A stretch of DNA of 64,000 bases from an uncultured Lentisphaeria bacterium. GTDB taxonomy: Bacteria > Verrucomicrobiota > Lentisphaeria > Victivallales > UBA1829. The stretch lies in NCBI GenBank assembly GCA_949282305.1, contig CASDPB010000053.1:16710-80709 (forward strand), given 5' to 3'. The notes beneath the pieces were generated by a model. It did not search any database. It was not told where the DNA came from and saw only the letters and a program-made list of their open reading frames with translations. Position numbers and translations under genes: made by a program. Of this stretch, positions 1 to 7,941 are shown piece by piece; position 1 is the first letter of the stretch; each line of letters begins with the position of its first letter.

Positions 1-165
1 GCGCAACCAGTATATGCGCGATCTTCATGCCAGAGCCAAGGCGACGGGCAAAAGCTTCGGCCCGCGCGGTCCGCGCATGGCGCAGCGTTGAGGTCAAGTC
101 GCGGAAAGCCTGCCGCTCCTGCTGCGTTCCGGTGCGGGGAATTGCCGGATGGCTTCCCGCGCCAT

Positions 166-990
166 TTATGCCTCGGTGACTTTGTTTTCGCACCGGAAGC
201 GGACCGGCGTCATTCCCGTGCTTTTACGGAAAATCCGGTGGAAGTATGCGGCATCGCGGAACCCGCAGCGTCTGGCGACGGAATCCATTGTGAAGGAGGA
301 GTTGCGCAGGAGCAGCCGGGCTTTTTCCAGCCGTTTTTCCCGCAGAACTGCACAAAAGTTCTGTCCGAAGAGGTTTTTGACGGCTTCCGAAGCGCGCGGA
401 GGTGTGAGCGAAAGAACTTCCGCAAGATCCGCGAGTCCAATATCGCGTATGCAGTTTACTTCGAGATATGTTTCGATGATTTCCCTGCGCGAAGCCGGGA
501 CGTGAGGCGGTTTCCTGATCTGCAGTCCGAGGAAGGAGGCGATGAGTGTCCCGTAAGCCAGAAACGGCTCCTCCTGTTCCGGGGGCAGAACGGGAAGCCG
601 GCTCCCGTGAGGAAGCCTGTGCGTCCGCGGATTCATGAGTTCCTCCGCCGTTCCGCGCGGCTGGAACGGCCCTGCGAAGAGGACGCCGTGAAGTCTGCCG
701 TCGGCGGTAATCGGGAAAACAGCCTCCCGCATTCCGCAGTGACAGCATTTGAAGAAGGGGCGGAGATGGTTTTTCAGCAGATGATGCTGAACCTTGTCCC
801 GGTCGAATTCGAGACAGAGTTCAGTCAATTTGTTTTTGTGCTCTTTCAGTCCCGTGCAGAAGGGATTCAGATGATATTGGGGCAGGGGCGTGTTCTGGAG
901 CTGTCCGCTGTAATCGTGGCAGCAGAGATGACAGCGGAACTGCTCTTCAAAAGTCCGCATTGCACTTTCCGGAACCGGCATGTCGGTCAT
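166..990 (-). CDS. AraC family transcriptional regulator
   Basis: 274-aa ORF with ATG at 990. C-terminal AraC-type HTH (LLLRNSSFTMDSVARRCGFRDAAYFHRIFRKSTGMTPVRFR). Cys/His-rich N-terminal half. Divergent from 1113..2417. Confidence 0.85.
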   Translation of the reverse strand: MTDMPVPESAMRTFEEQFRCHLCCHDYSGQLQNTPLPQYHLNPFCTGLKEHKNKLTELCLEFDRDKVQHHLLKNHLRPFFKCCHCGMREAVFPITADGRLHGVLFAGPFQPRGTAEELMNPRTHRLPHGSRLPVLPPEQEEPFLAYGTLIASFLGLQIRKPPHVPASRREIIETYLEVNCIRDIGLADLAEVLSLTPPRASEAVKNLFGQNFCAVLREKRLEKARLLLRNSSFTMDSVARRCGFRDAAYFHRIFRKSTGMTPVRFRCENKVTEA

Positions 991-1112
991 CGCGTTGTCC
1001 TCCCGTTTTTTTCACGCTGGCATAAAAATACATCAAAAAAGCAAAAAAATCCATAGGTTTTTCCTTTTTTCAGAAATATATTTGTCTTCAGGTCAAAATA
1101 GGAGAACTTTTC

Positions 1113-2417
1113 ATGAAGACGATTGCTTACAGAATGGAAAAGGAAATTCCGGTGATTGCGGAGGCGGACGTTCTCGTTGTGGGGGGAGGCCCGGGAGGCA
1201 TGAGCGCGGCGGTCATGGCGGCAAGACAGGGAGTCAAAGTCGTTCTGGCGGAGCGTTACGGGTGCGCCGGAGGCATGGCGAGTTTCGGAGAGGTGACGCC
1301 GTTCATGGCGAATCATCTTCACGGAGAGACTCTCGACAAGCCGATATTTGTCGATTGGTGCCGCAAAATGTGGGAGTACCGCGACGACGAAGTGAAAGAA
1401 GCCGTGTTTGATGAAAAGGTGATCCCCGGGACAAGAATTTCCAAAGACATTGCGATGCTGGCGATGGAGGATCTTCTGCTTGAAGCGGGCGTGAAGGTGA
1501 TCTATCATCATAACCTGGTCGACGTCGTCAGAGAGGGCGAGAGAATTCGCGCGGCGGTGTTCAGTTCAAAGTCCGGACTCTGCGCGATTTGCGCCGAAGA
1601 GTATGTGGACGGCACCGGAGACGGCGATCTTGCCGTGCTTGCCGGATGCGATTTCGAGTTCGGGAATGAGGACGGTTTCTGCCAGCCGATGACCCTGTGC
1701 TTCAAACTCGGCGGCGTGGATGCGGACCGTATGCCGGACCGTGCGGAGATCAACCGGCTTTATGATGAGGCGAAGGCAGCCGGCGAGATTGTCTGTCCGC
1801 GTGAAAATGTGCTCTGGTTCCTGACGCTTGAAAAGGATGTGATCCATTTCAATACGACGCGTATCATCAGGAAAAGCGGTGTCAACGGGCTTGATCTCTC
1901 CGACGCCGAAATCGAAGGCAGGAGACAGCTTCGCGATTTTCTGAAATTCCTGCGCGGGCATGTGCCGGGATTTGAACATGCCCGCATTCATTCGATCGCG
2001 CATCACGTCGGAATCCGCGAGTCGCGCAGAATCGTCGGAGAGCGTTACCAGACGGCGGATGACTTTACCGCCGCGAGAAAGTATGAGGACGGCATTGCGA
2101 AGGTCCGCTACCCGATTGACATCCACAATCCGTCCGGCACCGGCACAGTCATCAGGACATTGCCGGAGACGGAATATTACGAGATCAGTTTCCGTTCCCT
2201 GATTCCGAAGAAGTGTTCCAATCTGCTGATGGGATGCCGTGCAATATCCATTGACCATGCCCTTCACAGCAGTGCGCGCGTCATGCCGCCGGTCTGTTCC
2301 ATCGGTCAGGCAGCGGGAATGGGAGCGGCAATGGCGGTGAAGGCGCACTGCGCTCCCGCCGGGTTGAACGGCGTAGAGGTCAGAAGGAACCTTGCCGCCG
2401 CGGGAGCCGATCTCTGA
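1113..2417 (+). CDS. FAD-dependent oxidoreductase
   Basis: 434-aa ORF. RBS AGGAGA lies about 8 nt before ATG 1113. N-terminal dinucleotide-binding motif DVLVVGGGPGGMSAAVMAARQG. Overall resembles FAD_oxidored-type proteins common in glycan loci (family call from memory). Confidence 0.8.
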   Translation: MKTIAYRMEKEIPVIAEADVLVVGGGPGGMSAAVMAARQGVKVVLAERYGCAGGMASFGEVTPFMANHLHGETLDKPIFVDWCRKMWEYRDDEVKEAVFDEKVIPGTRISKDIAMLAMEDLLLEAGVKVIYHHNLVDVVREGERIRAAVFSSKSGLCAICAEEYVDGTGDGDLAVLAGCDFEFGNEDGFCQPMTLCFKLGGVDADRMPDRAEINRLYDEAKAAGEIVCPRENVLWFLTLEKDVIHFNTTRIIRKSGVNGLDLSDAEIEGRRQLRDFLKFLRGHVPGFEHARIHSIAHHVGIRESRRIVGERYQTADDFTAARKYEDGIAKVRYPIDIHNPSGTGTVIRTLPETEYYEISFRSLIPKKCSNLLMGCRAISIDHALHSSARVMPPVCSIGQAAGMGAAMAVKAHCAPAGLNGVEVRRNLAAAGADL

Positions 2418-2626
2418 TTTCTGCGCAGGGCCTTCCTCACGGATATGGCAGACAGTTGCCATGTCCATTCCGGTAATTGAACTCTCTCCGACGCGGAAAT
2501 GTGCGCGGTCGGGGAGAATTCGCTTTTTTTATGTCTGACCGGGCATGGGGAGGAATCTTCCTCAAATCCGGTGGAATCACGCATTTTTTCTGCAATTATC
2601 CTCTGTCTGGATGTAATCTTTTATTG

Positions 2627-2649
2627 ATTTATGCAAAAATTGCATAAAT
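2627..2649. promoter_or_regulatory. Perfect 10-bp inverted repeat ATTTATGCAA-AAA-TTGCATAAAT (candidate operator or activator site)
   Basis: Read directly from the sequence. It lies about 25 bp upstream of the -35 box of the lacI-family gene promoter. A third TTGCAT half-site sits at 2681-2686 inside the promoter spacer. Confidence 0.35.
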
Positions 2650-2673
2650 TTCTAAAATTTTTCTAATAAACCC

Positions 2674-2701
2674 TTGACATTTGCATGATTTTGTTTATAA
2701 T
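2674..2701 (+). promoter_or_regulatory. Sigma-70-type promoter with consensus hexamers
   Basis: TTGACA (2674-2679), a 16-nt spacer, then TATAAT (2696-2701). It lies 52 nt upstream of ATG 2754 in an AT-rich intergenic region. Confidence 0.55.
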
Positions 2702-2753
2702 TTAAAGGCAGAGAGAAACAAAAAGAGAAATCCTGAGAGAGAGGTGATAATCC

Positions 2754-3734
2754 ATGTCTGTAGCAATGAAAGCAAGGGTGTCGAACTCTTCATCCGTGCT
2801 TGCTCAGGTGGCGAAGAAGGCGTGTGTTTCCTCCGGAACCGTGAGCCGGGTGTTCAACAACAGCGAACTGATTCCGGACGGTACCCGGAGCCGTGTGCTT
2901 TCCGCCGCCCGTGAACTGGGATTCCGTCCGCGCGTGGGCGTGAGAACCCCGCAGATCGCGCTGATTACCGAACCCCCGCAGAAAACCGTGATGGGCGGAT
3001 ATGTCAATACCATGACGCAGTATATCTGCCATGCCCTTTCCCGTTCCGATGCGACTGTCAGGATGATTACGGAGGACCGGATCGACAATTTGGTCAACTG
3101 CTGGTTCGACGGCATCATCGGCGTTGCGTGGGAGGAGCATACAATCGACATTCTGAAGGGGATGAAGAACATTCCCGTAATCTGGCTGAGCGACCTTTAC
3201 AAAGATTATTTTCACTGCATTTACATCGACGGAAGGGAAACGGGAAACCTTGCGGGGGATTACCTTGTCAATAAGGGACACCGCAGGATTGCCGTGATCC
3301 ATGACGTCGATTACGCCGGATACCTGCGTGCGGACGGAGTCGGGGAGGCGATGCGCAGAAAGGGAATCGACCCCGCGCAGAACCTGATGAAGATTCCGAA
3401 TTCCATGCCGCTGCATCTTGCCGTCAAACAGCTGATTGACGCGGAATGCACGGCCGTGTGGGTCACCGGTGAAGATATGAAGGTGCTGGAAGTGAACTGG
3501 CTGATCCAGGAACTGGCGGGGAAACGGGTGCCCGAGGACATTTCCCTGATGGGATTTGAAAACCCCGGAATTTCCGAATTCCTCTGTCCGTCGCTTACCA
3601 CGATTGCGTCGCCTCTGCACGAGATCGCGGAGAAGGCGGTGGAACTGGTTCTCAGCGATGATCTCGGGGAGCTCCGGCAGGTCAAGATGCAGGTTCGCCT
3701 GATAGAACGTAATTCCATTACAACCATATCATAA
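2754..3734 (+). CDS. LacI family transcriptional regulator
   Basis: 326 aa. N-terminal LacI-type HTH (VLAQVAKKACVSSGTVSRVFNNSELIPDGTRSRVLSAARELGFRP). C-terminal periplasmic-binding-protein-like sugar-binding fold (VPEDISLMGFEN). Confidence 0.9.
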   Translation: MSVAMKARVSNSSSVLAQVAKKACVSSGTVSRVFNNSELIPDGTRSRVLSAARELGFRPRVGVRTPQIALITEPPQKTVMGGYVNTMTQYICHALSRSDATVRMITEDRIDNLVNCWFDGIIGVAWEEHTIDILKGMKNIPVIWLSDLYKDYFHCIYIDGRETGNLAGDYLVNKGHRRIAVIHDVDYAGYLRADGVGEAMRRKGIDPAQNLMKIPNSMPLHLAVKQLIDAECTAVWVTGEDMKVLEVNWLIQELAGKRVPEDISLMGFENPGISEFLCPSLTTIASPLHEIAEKAVELVLSDDLGELRQVKMQVRLIERNSITTIS

Positions 3735-3747
3735 AAGGAAGGAAAAC

Positions 3748-5862
3748 ATGAAGTTCACACAACTCACATCCGTTTTGTCGGCAATGTCCGTTCTGTTTGC
3801 GCTTTCAGGCATGGGACTTGGAGCGCAGGAGCAGGCACAGGGCGATGCCGGGAAGAGTGTGGCGCTGGAGTATGCCAAGGAGCAGTACCAGCCGCGCTAC
3901 AAAGCGAAGGTCACATGGGAAGGGAAAGACCTGATCCTCAGAACCGACACAGCAGAGTGGGATTCCGGGGTCAAGATCAATCCTCCGAAGGGGCAGTTCC
4001 TGGATCTTTCCAAGGGAAAAGTGCTTGCCGCCGATGTGGAGAATCTTTCCAAGACGAATCAGATGCGTCTGACCATGCACATTTCCAGCGGCAGCCGCAA
4101 GGACAAGAATTTCCGGGAAGCCTACACTGGTATCGGATTGAACCCCGGTGAGAAGCGCACCATGCGCATGTATCTGCCGCACAAGGCGATTTTTGAAGTC
4201 GGCAAGGATGCGCGCAACCTGAAGAATCCGCTCGACACGGACAAGATCAATGCCATTGAATTCAAGATGATCTGGCCTTATGAAGCGGGCAAGAAGGATC
4301 TGGCATACTGCCGTATTTCCAATCTCCGTCTGGAAGGCGAGCCGGAATATTCCAAGAAGATTCCGGCGGACAAGTATCTGCCCTTCATCGACACCTACGG
4401 GCAGTACAAGCATGGCGAGTGGGCGGAAAAGATTCATTCCGACGAGGATCTCAAGAAGAATCACGAAAAGGAACTTGCCGAACTGGAAAAGGTTTCCGCT
4501 CCGGAGGAGTGGGATCGTTTCGGCGGCTGGAAGAACGGCCCCAAGCTGAAGGCGACCGGATATTTCAGAGTCTCGAAATTCCAGGGCAAATGGTGGTTCG
4601 TCGATCCGGAAGGACGCCTCTTCTGGTCTGCGGGAATTGACGTGCTCCGCACTCACACCGACGCCACGCAGGGGAAAAAGCATCCGCAGTGGTTCTCGCA
4701 GCCCGTTCCCGCGGATGGAACGCTGCCGTTCACGCACTGGAACCTCCAGAAGAAATACGGCAAGGAAGATTATGTGGAGGATTTCTACAAGGTGCTCAAC
4801 AAGCGCATGACGGCGTGGGGCATCAACACCATCGGAAACTGGGGCGACAGAAGGCACATGCTCATGGGCGAGAAACCCTATGTCCTGTCTCTCTGCGACA
4901 ATGACCGCGACCTTCCGAAGTTCAAGGAAGTCGAAGTGAAAAACGGCGAGACCAAAATCAAGAACAGCCGTGTCAAGTTTTACGATGTGTTCGATCCGCA
5001 GTTTGAAGACCTGATGGGCAATATGCTTGCGAACCGCGCCGCGACCGATCCGATCGTGAAGAAGTCCATCACCGATCCGATGTGCATCGGCTATTTCGTT
5101 GACAACGAACTCCAGTTCGGCAATATCATGAAGGCTGTCATGAAGGCGCCCGCGGAACAGCCCGCGAAGGTGGAGTTCATCAAGGACCTGAAAGCCAAAT
5201 ACAAGGATTCCGTGGAGGAATTGAACAAGGCGTGGAATACGAAGTTCTCCACATGGGAGGACGTCGCAAACAATACTGTGACTCCCAAGGGCAAGGGATA
5301 CCGCACGGACGAGCGCGCGTTCTTCAAGAAGTTCGTGAACGAATACTTCCGGATCTGCCGCCAGGGAATCAAGAGCGTCGCTCCGCACAGACTCTATCTC
5401 GGATGCCGCTTTGTCGGATTCCGCAATGCGGGTGCTGTCTGGGAGGCTTCCACGAAACATTGTGACGTTTCCAGTGTCAATTCCTATGCGAACAGCATTG
5501 CGAACACGAATCGCGGCGACTTCCGTGACCGTCCGGTGATTATCGGGGAGTTCCACTTCGGAACCTATGACCGCGGCATGTTCTCCAACAGCCTGATGCC
5601 GCAGTACTCGCAGGAAGACCGCGCCGTCTCCTACAAGAGATACATGCAGGGAGCGCTGGTGCATCCGAACTATGTCGGAGCTCATTACTTCCAGCTCCGC
5701 GACCAGCCGCTGACCGGTCGCTATGACGGTGAAGGCTATCAGATCGGATTCGTCGACGTGGCGGACACTCCGTATCCGGAGATGACGAAAGCCGCGAGAG
5801 AAGTCGGCGAAAACATGTATCAGTACCGTGTAAACGGCAAACTTCAGAATGAGATGAAGTAA
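3748..5862 (+). CDS. Secreted glycoside-hydrolase-like protein (N-terminal beta-sandwich plus clan GH-A-like TIM barrel; family not assignable by eye, possibly GH50/GH42-like)
   Basis: 704 aa. RBS AAGGAAGGA before ATG 3748. Signal peptide MKFTQLTSVLSAMSVLFALSGMGLGAQE. TIM-barrel-type motifs GINTIGNWGD, FVDNELQFG (candidate acid/base NE) and VIIGEFHFG (candidate nucleophile E). Confidence 0.6.
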   Translation: MKFTQLTSVLSAMSVLFALSGMGLGAQEQAQGDAGKSVALEYAKEQYQPRYKAKVTWEGKDLILRTDTAEWDSGVKINPPKGQFLDLSKGKVLAADVENLSKTNQMRLTMHISSGSRKDKNFREAYTGIGLNPGEKRTMRMYLPHKAIFEVGKDARNLKNPLDTDKINAIEFKMIWPYEAGKKDLAYCRISNLRLEGEPEYSKKIPADKYLPFIDTYGQYKHGEWAEKIHSDEDLKKNHEKELAELEKVSAPEEWDRFGGWKNGPKLKATGYFRVSKFQGKWWFVDPEGRLFWSAGIDVLRTHTDATQGKKHPQWFSQPVPADGTLPFTHWNLQKKYGKEDYVEDFYKVLNKRMTAWGINTIGNWGDRRHMLMGEKPYVLSLCDNDRDLPKFKEVEVKNGETKIKNSRVKFYDVFDPQFEDLMGNMLANRAATDPIVKKSITDPMCIGYFVDNELQFGNIMKAVMKAPAEQPAKVEFIKDLKAKYKDSVEELNKAWNTKFSTWEDVANNTVTPKGKGYRTDERAFFKKFVNEYFRICRQGIKSVAPHRLYLGCRFVGFRNAGAVWEASTKHCDVSSVNSYANSIANTNRGDFRDRPVIIGEFHFGTYDRGMFSNSLMPQYSQEDRAVSYKRYMQGALVHPNYVGAHYFQLRDQPLTGRYDGEGYQIGFVDVADTPYPEMTKAAREVGENMYQYRVNGKLQNEMK

Positions 5863-5956
5863 AACTGCTCCGGGCAGCTCCGGGATTTCCCGGAGCGGTC
5901 CGGAATAACAGAAAGTGCTGTCGCGGCAGAAAACAAAGATATTCGGGAGAGAAAAA

Positions 5957-6853
5957 ATGAAGACATTCAGGCAGATTCTCAAGGAACGTTTTTCCCGGAA
6001 CCGGGCAAGTAGCACACAAAGAGAGGAAAAAAGCGGAATGCTGGAAATGAGGCGGGACAGAGGGGAGTTCACCCTGATAGAGCTCCTCGTGGTAGTTGCT
6101 ATTATAGCAATTTTGGCGGCAATGCTGCTCCCCGCGCTGAGCAAGGCGAGAGACAAGGCAAGAGATATTTCCTGTTTGAACAATCAGAAGCAGATGGGAG
6201 TGTTGATGGCAATGTACGCGGGAGAGAATCAGGACAAACTGCCGGCTTACACGGATAATATTGAAAGCGGCAGAGGCAAATGGCAGGATATGATTTTTGC
6301 TCTGTATGATCCTAAGACATATTACTCCGTCAGCAATCCGCGGGATCGCGATTTCATCCATTATGATGATCGCCGGGGCAGCAGTGCCACACTGCGGCCT
6401 TATGGTATTTTTGCATGTCCTTCCCAGCCTCTGCGGGCGGGCAAAGATACTTCGGAAGCCGGAGGCACGAAACATTATCTGGCAAACAAGTATATTTCCA
6501 ACAACACCCCGTCGGGTACTTGGAGTACCAGCAATCCGAATGATGAGCGCAACAAATACGCCACTCGTCTTCTGACGCGGATTAAAAACCCTTCGTCTGT
6601 GATGCATGTCTGCGACGGAGACCGCGGAACGGAGAAATATGAAGTGGCGATTCACATGAAGAAGTTCATCGGCGGCAATACCGGTGCTTCTGATGCGTAT
6701 GCCAACATCAATTTCGGCGGACCTTACAGACATTCGAGCAAACGCGGTTTGAACACTCTTATGGCTGACGGTCATGCCAAGCCGACGCTGGCAAAGGATA
6801 TTCCCACCGGCTATGACAAGCCGGGCGGAAAATTCTGGTGCGGCAATAACTGA
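5957..6853 (+). CDS. Prepilin-type N-terminal domain protein (DUF1559 / H-X9-DG-like pseudopilin paralog), copy 1
   Basis: Contains [47 protein letters not shown] and the C-terminal motif [20 protein letters not shown]. The start is uncertain. Candidates are ATG 5957 (RBS GGGAGAG), ATG 6038 or 6047 (short leader typical of prepilins), and GTG 5915 (ORF track). Confidence 0.85.
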   Translation: MKTFRQILKERFSRNRASSTQREEKSGMLEMRRDRGEFTLIELLVVVAIIAILAAMLLPALSKARDKARDISCLNNQKQMGVLMAMYAGENQDKLPAYTDNIESGRGKWQDMIFALYDPKTYYSVSNPRDRDFIHYDDRRGSSATLRPYGIFACPSQPLRAGKDTSEAGGTKHYLANKYISNNTPSGTWSTSNPNDERNKYATRLLTRIKNPSSVMHVCDGDRGTEKYEVAIHMKKFIGGNTGASDAYANINFGGPYRHSSKRGLNTLMADGHAKPTLAKDIPTGYDKPGGKFWCGNN

Positions 6854-6991
6854 GTTTTCGAGTTTTCGACAGTGCTGTTTCAGAGGCGGCGGATGGGGAC
6901 GCAAACGCCGCCTCTGGAACTGGACAAAAATATAGAGGGAAATGGGAAAGTTGCAAGAGGAATAATAAAAAACGGGATTCGGAGGATGAAT

Positions 6992-7792
6992 ATGAGAGTG
7001 CATTCACAGGAAGTTTTTTGGGGAATTCGGATGAGTCATGTTGAAGATTCGAGGAGAAACAGAGGGAATTTTACCTTGATAGAGCTCCTCGTCGTGATTG
7101 CGATCGTCGCCATTCTTGCGGCGATGCTGTTGCCCGCTTTGAACAAGGCGAGAGACAAGGCGAAAGACATCAGCTGTATGGCGAACATGCGTCAGCTCGG
7201 GCTTCTGATGAACTTTTACACGGACAACAACAACGGGCAGTTCCCGAAAGCGAACGGGCTTTTAAACAGCGGTCCCGGAAGCTGGAGCGGAAGCGGACGC
7301 TGGCAGGATGGACTGTATGCCATGAAGACCAATAAGACGCTCGCAAACAGACTGCACTGGCAGGCGCAGGACAACACCACGCTGACCCGTCCTTATGACG
7401 TCTTTGCCTGTCCCGCTTCGAGAGATATGCCCTGGAACAGCGATGGCGTCTATGGTTTCATGGGGCATTACCTGATTAATTCCTACATCGGCAACTATGG
7501 AATGGACGCATGGGCGAAGGAATATGCCGCATTCAATGTCAAATCCGTGAGACAGCCCTCCAGGACAATGGAGCTTATTGACGGAGCATCGGAGAGGCGG
7601 ACTGACGGCACTTCCCCGTGCTGCGACACCAAATCCCAGCTTACCATAAATGGCGGAAAATATCGCCACCAGGCAAATACAGGGGTGAACGTTCTCTTTA
7701 TCGACGGACATGCGGAAGCCATGACTCACAACAAGATTCCGACCAATGTCTTGGTAAGCGACGGAACACCTTTCTGGGGCAACAGGAAGTAA
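6992..7792 (+). CDS. Prepilin-type N-terminal domain protein (DUF1559 / H-X9-DG-like pseudopilin paralog), copy 2
   Basis: Contains [47 protein letters not shown] and the C-terminal motif [20 protein letters not shown]. Start candidates are ATG 6992 (GGAGG 6 nt upstream), ATG 7031 and GTG 6872. Confidence 0.85.
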   Translation: MRVHSQEVFWGIRMSHVEDSRRNRGNFTLIELLVVIAIVAILAAMLLPALNKARDKAKDISCMANMRQLGLLMNFYTDNNNGQFPKANGLLNSGPGSWSGSGRWQDGLYAMKTNKTLANRLHWQAQDNTTLTRPYDVFACPASRDMPWNSDGVYGFMGHYLINSYIGNYGMDAWAKEYAAFNVKSVRQPSRTMELIDGASERRTDGTSPCCDTKSQLTINGGKYRHQANTGVNVLFIDGHAEAMTHNKIPTNVLVSDGTPFWGNRK

Positions 7793-7941
7793 TGTTCCCT
7801 TCTGCCGGGAGAAGGACGTCGCAAGTCCGAAGCACCGCGTCCTTCTTCCGTATGAAAGCATAAGGATTTTTCAGCTCAGCAGTTTTATTTTGTGGTCATT
7901 ATGAATATAATAAATTAAAAGACAAGGGAAAGTTTTTAATT

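Noticed and set aside
1-91. Frame-2 reading ...RNQYMRDLHARAKATGKSFGPRGPRMAQR ending at a TGA near position 91, possibly the 3' end of a gene truncated by the window edge
   Set aside because: Only about 30 codons are visible and no motif is present. It cannot be distinguished from chance.
3805-6183. 792-aa ORF on the minus strand covering the hydrolase gene and part of pseudopilin copy 1
   Set aside because: It is antisense to two genes with clear motifs. Its translation is Arg/Leu/Val-rich low-complexity sequence with no motifs. This is the typical stop-codon-poor antisense frame of GC-rich DNA.
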